A stretch of DNA of 64,000 nucleotides, taken from positions 352,001 through 416,000 of the forward strand of contig CAVUKB010000004.1 in NCBI GenBank assembly GCA_963741955.1, written 5' to 3'. This stretch comes from an uncultured Acidobacteriota bacterium (lineage in GTDB: Bacteria; Acidobacteriota; Thermoanaerobaculia; Gp7-AA8). How positions within the stretch are numbered: position 1 is the first letter of the stretch; each line of letters starts with the position of its first letter. The translations under genes and the position numbers were made by a program. Shown one piece after another: positions 1-9,362 of this stretch. Below the pieces are notes generated by a model. That model did not search any database. It was not told the origin of the DNA and worked only from the letters and a program-made list of their open reading frames with translations.

Positions 1-1831
1 CCTCGCCGTAGTTGCGCGTCCGCTGCGGGTCGTCGGCGATGTTCACCATGGTCGTCTCGACCCCCTTCAGCTGGCTCACGCGCTTTGCGATCGAATCGAG
101 AATGGTGGTCGTCTTGTCGATCGACGATCCCTCCGGCGTGCGCACGTACACCGAGAACTGAGACTCGTCGTCGTTCGGAAGGAAGTTCTTGTTCGCGGTC
201 ATGAAGAGCGGAACTGTCGACACGAAGACGACGAGCATCAGGGTGACGATCACCCAGCGATGCCGCATCGACCAGCGGAGAAGAGCCATGTAGAAGCGGT
301 CGATGTACGCGTAGAACCCCTTCTCCCGCGAAGTCTCCTCGGCGGCGACGTCATCGCGCCGCAACCAGCGGGACGAGAGCATCGGGGTGAGAGTGAACGA
401 CACGAAGAGCGAGACCGCCACCGCGGCCGCCATGGTGATGCCGAACGAGAACATGAAGCGGCCGACGATGCCTCCCATGAATGCGACCGGGAGAAACACC
501 GCGATCAGCGAAAGAGAGGTCGCCATGACCGCGAGTCCGACTTCCTTCGTTCCGGAGATTGCGGCCTGGATCGGGGTCAGGTTTTTCTCTTCCATGTGCC
601 GGAACACGTTCTCCAGCACGACCACCGCGTCGTCGATGACGATTCCGACCGCGAGGGTGAGGGCGAGAAGGGTGATCACGTTGAGGGTGAAACCGGCCCA
701 CGCCATCACCGCGAACGTCGCGATCAGCGAAGTAGGGATCGCGATCGCGGCGATCATGGTCGGACGGAACTTCCGGAGGAAGAGGTAGACGATCGCCGCC
801 GCGAAGAGGGAGCCGAGAAGGAGATGCTCCTTCACCGCATCGACCGCCGCGATGACGTAATCCGACTGGTCGCGGACGACTTCGACGTTCCATCCCTTCG
901 GGATCTCCGGCTTCAGCTCCGCCAGCCGATCTTTGATGCGACTCACCACGTCGATGGTGTTGGTTCCCGACTGCTTCCGGATCGAGAGGACCACCGTCGG
1001 CTTCCCGTTCACCCGGGCGATCGACTCCGGCTCGGCGACGCTGTCCTCGATCCGGGCGACGTCACCGATGCGGATCACCGTGCCGTCACGCGAGGTGATC
1101 GGGATGGCGGCGAGCTCCTGCGGCTTCTCGACGCGGCCGTGGGTCCGGAGCGTCATCTCGCGCAGCCCCTGCTCGACTCGTCCGCCGGGGATCTGGATGT
1201 TCTGGCTCTGGAGGGCCTGGACGACGTTGGCCGCGGTCAGCCCGAGGCTGCTCAGCTTCGCCGTATCGACGACGACATTGATCTGGCGGGGCTGGCCGCC
1301 GACCAGAGTGACCTGTCCGACGCCGAGCACCGACTCGATGCGGCGGCGGAAACGCTTGTCGGCGTATTCCGTGATGTCGCGGATCGGCGCAGGCCCCGAG
1401 AGTGCGATGGAGAGAACCGGAACGGCATCCGGATCCATCTTCTGGATCACCGGAGGATCGGCGTCGCGGGGAAGGTCACGAAGGATCGTGTTCACCCGGT
1501 CGCGCACTTCCTGAGCCGCGACGTCGGCGTCCTTGTCGAGGTCGAAGCTCACGTAGACGAGGGACGTCCCCTCCGAGGAGACCGACATCAGCTGGTCGAT
1601 CCCGCTGATGGTGTTGACCGCCTCCTCGACCTTGTCCGTGATCTCGGTCTCCACTTCCTCCGGCGCGGCGCCGGTGAGGACGGTGGTCACGGTGACCATC
1701 GGGATGTCGACCTTCGGGAAGCGGTCGACTCCGAGTTTCTGGTAGGAGAAGAAACCGATCACGATCAGCGACAGCGTGAGGACTGACGCGAATACGGGGC
1801 GGCGAACGCAGATTTCTGCAAGTTTCTGCAC
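1..1831 (-). CDS. RND efflux transporter permease (AcrB/AcrD/AcrF family), 3' end outside the window
   Basis: Manual translation from GTG at 1831 (AGAGGGAG RBS upstream): MQKLAEICVRRPVFASVLTLSLIVIGFFSYQKLGVDRFPKVDIP...GAAPEEVETEITDKVEEAVNTISGI...LALTLAVGIVIDDAVVVLENVFRH (RND TM4 motif). Last gene of a TetR-TolC-MFP operon. Confidence 0.95.
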   Translation of the reverse strand, partial: MQKLAEICVRRPVFASVLTLSLIVIGFFSYQKLGVDRFPKVDIPMVTVTTVLTGAAPEEVETEITDKVEEAVNTISGIDQLMSVSSEGTSLVYVSFDLDKDADVAAQEVRDRVNTILRDLPRDADPPVIQKMDPDAVPVLSIALSGPAPIRDITEYADKRFRRRIESVLGVGQVTLVGGQPRQINVVVDTAKLSSLGLTAANVVQALQSQNIQIPGGRVEQGLREMTLRTHGRVEKPQELAAIPITSRDGTVIRIGDVARIEDSVAEPESIARVNGKPTVVLSIRKQSGTNTIDVVSRIKDRLAELKPEIPKGWNVEVVRDQSDYVIAAVDAVKEHLLLGSLFAAAIVYLFLRKFRPTMIAAIAIPTSLIATFAVMAWAGFTLNVITLLALTLAVGIVIDDAVVVLENVFRHMEEKNLTPIQAAISGTKEVGLAVMATSLSLIAVFLPVAFMGGIVGRFMFSFGITMAAAVAVSLFVSFTLTPMLSSRWLRRDDVAAEETSREKGFYAYIDRFYMALLRWSMRHRWVIVTLMLVVFVSTVPLFMTANKNFLPNDDESQFSVYVRTPEGSSIDKTTTILDSIAKRVSQLKGVETTMVNIADDPQRTRNYGE

Positions 1832-1850
1832 GTGATATCTCCCTCTGGGG

Positions 1851-2756
1851 TCAGTCCTTCAGATCCATCTTCACCCGGGCGAACATCCCGGGACGAAGGC
1901 GTCCATCGTGGTTCGGGAAGAGTGCTTCGACGAAGAAGGTCCGGGTCCGGCTGTCGATCGTCCCTCCGACGACGTTCACCTCGCCGTCGAACGCGGTTCC
2001 CGGGTACGGGTCGACTCCCGCGGTCACTTTCATTCCCCGGCGGACGGACGCGAGGTAGCGCTCCGGAACGTCGAACCGGAGCTTGAGCGGCGCGGTCTGC
2101 GAGATCACGAACGCGACGGTGTTGTCGGAGAGACGCTCGCCGACGTCGGTGTGACGGGCGACCACCACGCCGTCGAAGGGTGCACGGAGCGTGGCGTCCG
2201 CGAGGCGCTGCTGCGCGGTGCGGAGACCGGTATCCGCTGCGGAGAGGGAGGCACGGGCCTGCTCCCACGCAGCCTGCGAACGGTCGAACGTCGATTGCGG
2301 AATGGAGTCCTTCGCGCGGAGGTCTTTCTTGCGGGCGAAGTCGCTCGACGCCTCGTCGGCCACGGCCTTCGCCCGGGCGAGATCCGCGCGTGCGCGCTCG
2401 ACGTCGAGAGTGAAGTACTCCGTCTCCAGCCGTAGGAGCGGCTCGCCGGTCCGCACCCGCTGACCCTCGTCCACGAAGACCTTCGCCACTCGCCCCGGGA
2501 TCTTCGTCGCGAGCTCGCTGCGCGAGAGCGCCACGAGCTCTCCGGTCACGTCGAGGTGCGGCTCGGCCGCGACGCTCGTCGACGTCTCTGCGGACTCGTT
2601 CGCCGAAGTCGCGGGCGCGGCCGCCGACGCGAGCTGCTGGACGTCGGCCGGGAGAGGAGGATCGGTTTTCGTCTGCTGCGAGATGGCCGGTTTCGTGCAG
2701 GCGGTCGCGAGGACCGCGGCGGTGAGCACCAGAGTGCCGAGAATGAGACGTTTCAT
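1851..2756 (-). CDS. RND efflux periplasmic adaptor (membrane fusion protein), probable lipoprotein
   Basis: Lipobox-like LATAC, lipoyl half-motifs (GRVAKVFVDEGQRVRTGEPLLRL; LRAPFDGVV), coiled coil, C-terminal LRPGMFARV. Confidence 0.93.
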   Translation of the reverse strand: MKRLILGTLVLTAAVLATACTKPAISQQTKTDPPLPADVQQLASAAAPATSANESAETSTSVAAEPHLDVTGELVALSRSELATKIPGRVAKVFVDEGQRVRTGEPLLRLETEYFTLDVERARADLARAKAVADEASSDFARKKDLRAKDSIPQSTFDRSQAAWEQARASLSAADTGLRTAQQRLADATLRAPFDGVVVARHTDVGERLSDNTVAFVISQTAPLKLRFDVPERYLASVRRGMKVTAGVDPYPGTAFDGEVNVVGGTIDSRTRTFFVEALFPNHDGRLRPGMFARVKMDLKD

Positions 2757-4090
2757 GAATGCTTCTCCTCTCCGAGGGCGACGTTCTTGAGAGCTCCGGC
2801 GGCGTACCAGACGCGGAGCCGTGCGAGGTCGAGATCGAGGGTGGTGTTGACGACGGCGCGGCGCGCGTCGGCGAGAGACGATTCGGCCGACTGGAGGTCG
2901 AGTGACGTCGCTTCCTGGGCGCGGTACAGCTCGAAGACCTGCTTGTATTCGGCTTCCGCTGCGTCGGCCTCCTCGCGCGCGAGAGCGAGCGTAGTCTCGG
3001 CGGAGCGGAGGTCGAGCAACGATTTTCGCACGTCTTCGCGAACGATCTGGCGGCTCTCCGACAGTGCGAGCTGAGCCTGTTTCTCCTGCTCCTTCGCCGT
3101 CGCGACGCGGGCGGCGAACTCACCGCCCTGGAAGATCGGAACGGTGACACGGAGTGCTGCCTGCCCGTATTCGCTGGCCGGGAACTGCGACTTCTGGTTG
3201 ATGAATGCAGCGTCGGCGGTGACGGTCGGAAGATATGCGCCGCGTTGCTTCTGAATCTCGAGCTTCGCCATCCTGACGTAGTTCCGAGCCTGTGCGATTT
3301 CGGGTCGCGACGCCTCGGCGAGGCCGATCATCTCTTCTTCTCCGGGAACCGGACGAAGAGCGAGAGAGGGATCGCTGACTGCGATCGCGCCGTCGAGATT
3401 CAGATCGATTCGGAGCCTGCCGGCAGCGGTGTCGCGGGCCTGGCGCGCTCCGGTGAGCTGGCGTTCGGCGGCCTTCACGGCGGCCTGTGCTCGGAGGACG
3501 TCCACCCTGGTGACCTCGCCCGCCTCGTAAAAGTCGCGCGACTGCTTCAGCCGCTGGGTGGCGAGATCGACGTTCTGTTTCTCGACTGAGATCAGCTGGT
3601 CGCCCTGCACCACGGCGAGGTAGTCGGCGGCCACGCCGAGGAGCAGCCGGTCCTGCGCGGAGGAGAGGGACTCTCTCGTGTTGGCGATGTTCAGTTTCGC
3701 CTGATCGTACGCGCGGAGCTCACGACGGCCGGCGTAGATCGGCTGAGTCAGGGTGATCCGGTAGCTCCAGTCGTTCTCCGGAAGGATGGTCACGTCGTTC
3801 CCGGAATCACCGCCCCCGAATGTGACCTGGGTGCTGTTTCTGGTGACGTTGCCGCTGGCGCTGAGGTGGGGAAGGACACGGGAGAGCGCGATTCTCCGTT
3901 GCTCGTCCGCGATGGAAACGTCGAGCGCCGCGCGGGCGACACTCTGGTTCGCCTCGAGAGCGCGAGCGAACGCCTGGTCGAGAGTGAGTGGCTGCGAAGG
4001 TGCAGGCACAGCCGTGCTCTGCGAAGGCTGCTGTGCGAATGCCGCCGACGCCGCGAGGAAGAGTACGACGAGGATTGGTTTCGATCTCAA
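2753..4090 (-). CDS. TolC-family outer membrane efflux protein
   Basis: Signal peptide, LTLDQAFARALEAN, two OEP repeats (LTQPIYAG; VTVPIFQGG), 4-bp overlaps with both neighbours. Confidence 0.92.
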   Translation of the reverse strand: MRSKPILVVLFLAASAAFAQQPSQSTAVPAPSQPLTLDQAFARALEANQSVARAALDVSIADEQRRIALSRVLPHLSASGNVTRNSTQVTFGGGDSGNDVTILPENDWSYRITLTQPIYAGRRELRAYDQAKLNIANTRESLSSAQDRLLLGVAADYLAVVQGDQLISVEKQNVDLATQRLKQSRDFYEAGEVTRVDVLRAQAAVKAAERQLTGARQARDTAAGRLRIDLNLDGAIAVSDPSLALRPVPGEEEMIGLAEASRPEIAQARNYVRMAKLEIQKQRGAYLPTVTADAAFINQKSQFPASEYGQAALRVTVPIFQGGEFAARVATAKEQEKQAQLALSESRQIVREDVRKSLLDLRSAETTLALAREEADAAEAEYKQVFELYRAQEATSLDLQSAESSLADARRAVVNTTLDLDLARLRVWYAAGALKNVALGEEKHS

Positions 4091-4710
4091 CCTTTCTTTC
4101 CTTTCCTGGATGTTCCTTCGAGAAACAGCGAAGTCACGAGATCCACGTCGTCGTCGATCGGCGTTCGTGTCCGGTCTTCGAGACGGCGGAGGATCACCCC
4201 CTTCAGCCCCTCGACGAAGAAAACGGCGAGACGGCCGGGGTCGACGTCGCGGAGCTCGCCCGCGGCGATCGCGCCGGCGAAGAACTCGGACATTCGTGTG
4301 GTCTGCATCTTCTGCACGGTGTTCCGCGAGTGGCTCGAGCGCGAGGGCTGCCGCTGCTCGGCCATCGCCACGAACGCACGAAAGAACTCCTGATTCCGGT
4401 CGAACGCCTCCAGCTGGGAGCGGACGAGCGCCCGCAGCCGGTCGGCGAAACTCCCTTCACTCCGGAGCGCTTCGTCGGCCTGTCCGGTCAGATACGTGCA
4501 GGCGTATTCGGAGGTTTTCTCGAACAGATCCTCTCGATCGCTGAAATAGAGATAGAGAGTTCCCTTGGCCACGCCTGCTTCATGGGCGACTTCCTGCATC
4601 GTGGCGCCGGCGAGACCCTTGCGGGCAATCACGCGCATGGCGGCTTCGGTGATCGAGGAAACGCGGAACTCTTCGACGACTTCTTCTTTTGATTTCTGCT
4701 TTGCGTGCAT
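4087..4710 (-). CDS. TetR/AcrR family transcriptional regulator
   Basis: HTH motif ATMQEVAHEAGVAKGTLYLYFSDREDL; first gene of the efflux operon. Confidence 0.95.
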   Translation of the reverse strand: MHAKQKSKEEVVEEFRVSSITEAAMRVIARKGLAGATMQEVAHEAGVAKGTLYLYFSDREDLFEKTSEYACTYLTGQADEALRSEGSFADRLRALVRSQLEAFDRNQEFFRAFVAMAEQRQPSRSSHSRNTVQKMQTTRMSEFFAGAIAAGELRDVDPGRLAVFFVEGLKGVILRRLEDRTRTPIDDDVDLVTSLFLEGTSRKGKKG

Positions 4711-4731
4711 CGAGCAACCTCGTGGGTCAGT

Positions 4732-4752
4732 GAACCGACCGCGCGGTCATTC
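4732..4752. promoter_or_regulatory. Putative TetR operator palindrome
   Basis: Perfect palindrome GACCGCGCGGTC (4737-4748), flanked by GAA...TTC, 26 bp upstream of the tetR start. Autoregulatory role is inferred. Confidence 0.55.
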
Positions 4753-4858
4753 GATTTCACACCCCGGTTTTCTGTAACCGATTCGTCAAGGTTCAGAGCG
4801 CCTTAAGGGGCAGGGTTGTCCGCAATAATCCGCCGTCCCAATCCGTTCTGACCGGGCG

Positions 4859-5656
4859 ATGAAGAAATCCCTGACATTCGTGTGCGCGGTCGCTCTGGTG
4901 ATGGCGGCCGGCGGAACGACCGTGGCATCAGCGAGCGACAGCTTCGAGCCGATCAACGGAGCGAAGGAGCAGTTGCAGTACAACTGGCACCTGCGCGGGT
5001 TCCTGGGCTGGATCGCCGGGTTGCGGTTTCCGAGCTCGGGCGTTGGCGAGCTCCGCACCGTCGCGGGCTCCGAATCGGTGCAGAGCCGGTTGATGATCAC
5101 CACCCCGAGCGGGCAGGACGGCTTCTATCTCTACCAGTCGCAGATGGATCAGAGCGGCGAGAAGACGCTGATCAGCTACCACGGCTACGAGTGGGGCGGA
5201 AAGCGGCGGAAGATCCGGACCTTTTTCGATTACGTCAAGAACATCGCACGGATCCACAAAGAGACGAGCACAGAGACCGAAGACAAGATCAAGCCGACGG
5301 ACGGACGGGAGATGCGTGACGTCCTGACCGGGATCTTCTATCTGCGCCAGAATGCCGCGTCGATCGACGCGCCGATCACCACCACCATCTTTTCCGACGG
5401 CACGAGCTACCCGGTGCTGTTCCGTCCGATGGGAATGGAGACCCTCACGTTCCAGAGTCAGAAGATCCCGACCCGGGTGTTTCTGATCACTGCCGTGCCC
5501 GGGAGCCGGCATCGCTATCCGGGCGGGGTGAAGGTCTGGATCACCGATGACGCGAAGCGGCTGCCTCTGCGCATCGAGATCGAACAGACCATGGCGGCGC
5601 TCCGCCTCGACCTCCGGTCGATCGACGCGAGCGAGCTGCAGATCGCGAAACGCTGA
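4859..5656 (+). CDS. Secreted DUF3108-like protein
   Basis: Signal peptide; EQLQYNW at the N-terminus, DVLTGIFYLR, and VWITDDAKRLPLRIE at the C-terminus are typical of DUF3108. Confidence 0.75.
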   Translation: MKKSLTFVCAVALVMAAGGTTVASASDSFEPINGAKEQLQYNWHLRGFLGWIAGLRFPSSGVGELRTVAGSESVQSRLMITTPSGQDGFYLYQSQMDQSGEKTLISYHGYEWGGKRRKIRTFFDYVKNIARIHKETSTETEDKIKPTDGREMRDVLTGIFYLRQNAASIDAPITTTIFSDGTSYPVLFRPMGMETLTFQSQKIPTRVFLITAVPGSRHRYPGGVKVWITDDAKRLPLRIEIEQTMAALRLDLRSIDASELQIAKR

Positions 5657-5679
5657 GAATCGCGACGAGAGAAAAATCC

Positions 5680-5709
5680 AAAAGGCCGGCAGCAATGCCG
5701 GCCTTTTTT
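5680..5709 (+). terminator. Rho-independent terminator (potentially bidirectional)
   Basis: AAAAGGCCGGCA-GCAA-TGCCGGCCTTTTTT: GC stem, GNRA tetraloop, U tract, 24 bp after the stop codon. Confidence 0.9.
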
Positions 5710-5761
5710 CGTGAGTGACCCCAAGGACGATTCGGGAGGCTCCGCAACGACTCAGACTTCC

Positions 5762-6117
5762 TGGCCGAGGGGTGCGGATCCTCTGATCCGCCACCCAAGT
5801 CAAGTTCGGAGCGGATCGAGAGAGTGGCTGCGGCAGCAGCGGAGCCGTCCGTGCAGACGCTACGCGCTGAACCCGCATTTCTCAGACCATCTCTGCTGCG
5901 GAGCCGGATAGCGGCCTGTCTGCTGCGTTGAGCCCCGCTTCGGCTCCTCAACATAGTCACCACTATGCCTTCGTCGCCGAAGCGGGGCGCGCCTTGCATC
6001 CAAGCCACTCTCCGCCTCCTCGCGACGAGACGGTGTGAGAAATGCGGGTTATGCACAGACGCGGTCTTCGTCGCATCAAACACGATGTGCGCGGCGGATC
6101 GGAGGATCCGCACCCCC
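5762..6117. repeat. Dispersed GCGGATC-CTCY-GATCCGC hairpin repeat family, two inverted cores interrupted by a MITE
   Basis: 5762-5870 aligns by eye with 58231-58340. 6078-6117 is an inverted core matching 29626-29670. Confidence 0.8.
5872..6048. mobile_element. MITE (177 bp) with IS1380-like terminal inverted repeats
   Basis: Ends CCCGCATTTCTCAGACCATCTC...GAGACGGTGTGAGAAATGCGGG (20/22 IR match). The outer 15 bp of the right end equal the right end of the IS at 42298-42312. No ORF. Confidence 0.8.
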
Positions 6118-6507
6118 CAAATGCATCGGAGCCGAAAGGTGCGGAGCGGTGTTCGTGAAGCCGGAGAGTGCCTCGGGACCTCTGTCCGATCGGCGGGACG
6201 TTTAGGGGAGGGCGTGATTCAGGAAGGCAAAAACTCTGGTGAGATATGAAAGCAGAGATCTGGGGTAGATCGGCCAGAGGCCTCCAGGCATTCTCCAGGC
6301 TTCAAAGAGCTGCGAACACTCGACGAGGGGACGAAACGTGAGTCACGCGATGCCGAGGAAAGATACGGCCGGTCGTCGTCTCGGGGCGGACCTCCGTCCG
6401 GGTGACTCGACGGCATCTTCACGTAATCTCACTGCATCATCATAACCGAATGGTGATTCGGTAAATGTCTGCCGCAGGTCCTGGTTGCGATCTGTTGCGG
6501 ATTCGTT

Positions 6508-8952
6508 TCACATCACGAACCGGAGCTGCGGATTTCGTCTCTCTTCAAAGAAGAGACGAATCAGCTCGGCCGGACGTTTCGCGACCAGCTCCCGAGGAGA
6601 TTCCGAATACCAGTGGGAGGGGAAGAAACGGCTGTAGTTCGGCTGGCTGAAGCGGCGGCAGAGGAGCGCGATCACCCCGACGTCGGTCTCGCTGCGGATC
6701 ACCCGTCCCGCGGACTGGACCACCCGGGTCATCCCCGGAATCAGGTACGCGTATTCGAAGCCGGCGCCGTACTGCTGGTCGTAGTAGTACTTCAGGAGCT
6801 CCTGCTCGAATGAGACCGTCGGGAGCGCCGGACCGACGACGAAGACGCCGGAGAGCATCTCCCCCTGATAGTCGATTCCCTCCGCGTACATCCCGCCCGA
6901 CACTGCGAGCACCAGATGCCCCGGATCGGAGTGTCCGCGGAGCGCCTCGAGGAGCGAGCTCCGCTCCCAGTCGGTCATGTCGTTTCGCTGGATGATGATC
7001 TCTTTCCCGGTGGGAGGGAGCCGTTCAGAGATCTCGCGGAGAAACGCGTAGCTCGGAAAGAGCGCGAGGAAGTTGCCTGCGGCGGCGCCCGCCATCGAAG
7101 CGATGTGCTGCGCGATCGGATCGTAGTTCGCGGAGCGGTCTTTCCACACCGTGCTCACGTCCGTGACGAGCATGATCTTCCGGTTCTCGGCGGGAAAGGG
7201 TGAGGGGAGGGAGAGCTCCGCACAGCGGTCCTCGGGAAACCCGAGGGTCCGGCGGTAGAACTCGAACGGCTCGAGGGTCGCTGAGATGGCGATCGTCGCA
7301 TGCGACGACTCGAGGATTTTCCGGAGAAATCGCGAGGGGTCCTTGCAGAAGATCTTCAGCCGCGTTCCCTCGCGCCCTTTCTCCACCAGATGCGAGAACT
7401 CCTCCCCCTGTTCCATCACCAGGTTGGAAAACCGGACCAGCGCGAAGTAGAAATCGAGGAGCGGGTCGTCCTCCTCGGCGATCCGGTTCTCGATCTTCCA
7501 GCCGATGTACCGGATGATCAGTTTCTCCCACTCCACGCGTTGATCGAGAAACATCTGCCGGTCGAATTCGCAGAGGGCCTGAGTGGCTCCCGGAGTCTGC
7601 TCGATCAGGCTCGCGAGCTCCGCGAAATGCTCCCGCAGAGAGTCGATCAGTTCTTCCCATCCCTCGAGCTGACAGCCGGGGCGGGTCAGGAGATGCTCGC
7701 GGATCCGCTCGAACGACGATTGCTCCAGAACCGGCGAGTAGTATCCGCGCCCGCGGTCGACGAGGTTGTGCGCCTCGTCGATCACCAGCACGAACTCCTC
7801 GTGATCGGACTCCTGCTGATACGCCTTCAGGCCGACGTACGGATCGAAGATGTAGTTGTAGTCGCAGACCACCACGTCCGCCTGCTCGATCAGCTCGAGC
7901 GAAACCTCGAACGGGCAGACCTCCTCCGCCTTCGACATCTCGAAGACGTCGGAGGGATCGAAATACGTCATGGTGTCGACCAGATGAGCGACGAGGTTGT
8001 TCTTCTGCATCTTCTCCGCGTAGCCGGCTGCGAAAGGGCAGAAGTCCTCGTGACAGATCATCTCGGTGTGCGCACACATCTTCTTCTTCGCCCGGATGCG
8101 GAGGGTACGGAACGACCCGTCATTGAGGAGCCGGAGGGTCGAGACTGCCATCTCCTGTTGCAGCGTCTTCGGAGTGAGGATGAAGAGCTTCTTTCCGAGC
8201 CGCAGTGATTCTCTCAGCGCCGGATAGATGGCGGCGATGGTTTTCCCGACGCCGGTGGGCGCGGAAACGAGGAGAGTCTCGCGCTCCGCGACGGCACTGC
8301 CGACCGCGTCGATCATCTCCTTCTGGTAGGGACGGAGAGCGGTGAACGGGAACTGCAGTCCGTCCGCGAACTGCCGCTTCGCGATCTGGAGCGTCCGCTC
8401 CGCGGAGGTTCTGGCGACCAGTTCGCGGAGCGAGCTCTCGAACGTCGCCGCCACGTTCTCCTGGTCGAACGGCGCCTCGACGATCTCGGTGTCGCCGCCG
8501 ACCAGGTCGATCAGCACCAGCTGCGGCTCGATGCTGAACCCCTCGTAATCCGGCATCCGGGAGAGAAAGAGCGCGTAGAGCATCAACTGGTAGAGATGAC
8601 GCTGGAGCTTCTCCGAGCGTGCGAGCGCTTCGAGCTCCAGCTCGAAGTGGAGCGACTTCACCTCTTCGACCAGGATGTGGTTTCTCTCGCGGTCGACCGA
8701 CAATCCATCGATGCGGCCGGCGACGGTCACACTCCAGCCGTCGATCTCGACGGTATGTGAGACGACGACCTCGGGGCGGTAGAAGGGATCGTCCGCGGCG
8801 CGCGCTTCCGCGCGGGCGAGGTGGATGTCCTGGCCGATCCACATCCGGCGGAATCCTTCGCCGCGCTCGGCCCCGATCCGGCGGTAAGTCTGCGGGTAGA
8901 CGAGGTCGCCGACCGAGCAGACGATCTCCCGCGCTTCGTAGTCGATCCGCAT
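6508..8952 (-). CDS. DinG/XPD-family Fe-S DNA helicase with N-terminal Cas4/RecB-like PD-(D/E)XK nuclease domain
   Basis: N-terminal GRIDG...VEEVKS...QLMLYA; Q motif LRPYQ; Walker A APTGVGKT; four Cys (KMC...MIC...FCPF...VCPFE); IDEAHN; QSAGRVIRSETD. Confidence 0.92.
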   Translation of the reverse strand: MRIDYEAREIVCSVGDLVYPQTYRRIGAERGEGFRRMWIGQDIHLARAEARAADDPFYRPEVVVSHTVEIDGWSVTVAGRIDGLSVDRERNHILVEEVKSLHFELELEALARSEKLQRHLYQLMLYALFLSRMPDYEGFSIEPQLVLIDLVGGDTEIVEAPFDQENVAATFESSLRELVARTSAERTLQIAKRQFADGLQFPFTALRPYQKEMIDAVGSAVAERETLLVSAPTGVGKTIAAIYPALRESLRLGKKLFILTPKTLQQEMAVSTLRLLNDGSFRTLRIRAKKKMCAHTEMICHEDFCPFAAGYAEKMQKNNLVAHLVDTMTYFDPSDVFEMSKAEEVCPFEVSLELIEQADVVVCDYNYIFDPYVGLKAYQQESDHEEFVLVIDEAHNLVDRGRGYYSPVLEQSSFERIREHLLTRPGCQLEGWEELIDSLREHFAELASLIEQTPGATQALCEFDRQMFLDQRVEWEKLIIRYIGWKIENRIAEEDDPLLDFYFALVRFSNLVMEQGEEFSHLVEKGREGTRLKIFCKDPSRFLRKILESSHATIAISATLEPFEFYRRTLGFPEDRCAELSLPSPFPAENRKIMLVTDVSTVWKDRSANYDPIAQHIASMAGAAAGNFLALFPSYAFLREISERLPPTGKEIIIQRNDMTDWERSSLLEALRGHSDPGHLVLAVSGGMYAEGIDYQGEMLSGVFVVGPALPTVSFEQELLKYYYDQQYGAGFEYAYLIPGMTRVVQSAGRVIRSETDVGVIALLCRRFSQPNYSRFFPSHWYSESPRELVAKRPAELIRLFFEERRNPQLRFVM

Positions 8953-8988
8953 GGGTCTATAGGTTAGCAGGTTTCACCCGAGCGGCAG

Positions 8989-9261
8989 GTGGTGCGACCG
9001 TCTCGGTCGCATCGGGAGTCGGTTGCAGCGAGGCGATTTCGTAGTGGCGACGGAATGCGAACGCGAGTGACGGTTCCGGCGCGGTTTCTGCGCTTGCGCC
9101 GTGCTATCGAGACGCTCGCACCACGGCTTGAGCTGAGCTATCGAGACGCTCGCACCACGGCTTGAGCTGTGCGACCGAGACGCTCGCACCACGGCTTGAG
9201 CTGAGCTATCGAGACGCTCGCACCACGGCTTGAGCTGTGCGACCGAGACGCTCGCACCACC
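8989..9261. repeat. REPIN/BIME-like element: one GTGG-REP plus five inverted REPs in a 34-bp tandem array (9103-9261)
   Basis: GTGGTGCGACCGTCTCGGTCGCA at 8989-9011. Units GC(TAT/GAC)CGAGACGCTCGCACCACGGCTTGAGCTG(A/T) start at 9103, 9137, 9171, 9205, 9239. No unique spacers. Confidence 0.9.
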
Positions 9262-9362
9262 GAGCTCGCTCCGCCCGTCGTGCCACCCGCCACGTCGCGG
9301 CCGTGCTGCCGCGTCACGGGAGGGACTCGTGAGCGCGGAGCACGGCCGGACGACCGCAGGCT

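Noticed and set aside
9103-9261. 34-bp repeats next to a Cas4-like/DinG gene as a CRISPR array (type IV-like)
   Set aside because: Units are contiguous with no unique spacers, and no cas1/2/5/6/7 genes are in the window. A REP tandem array explains them.
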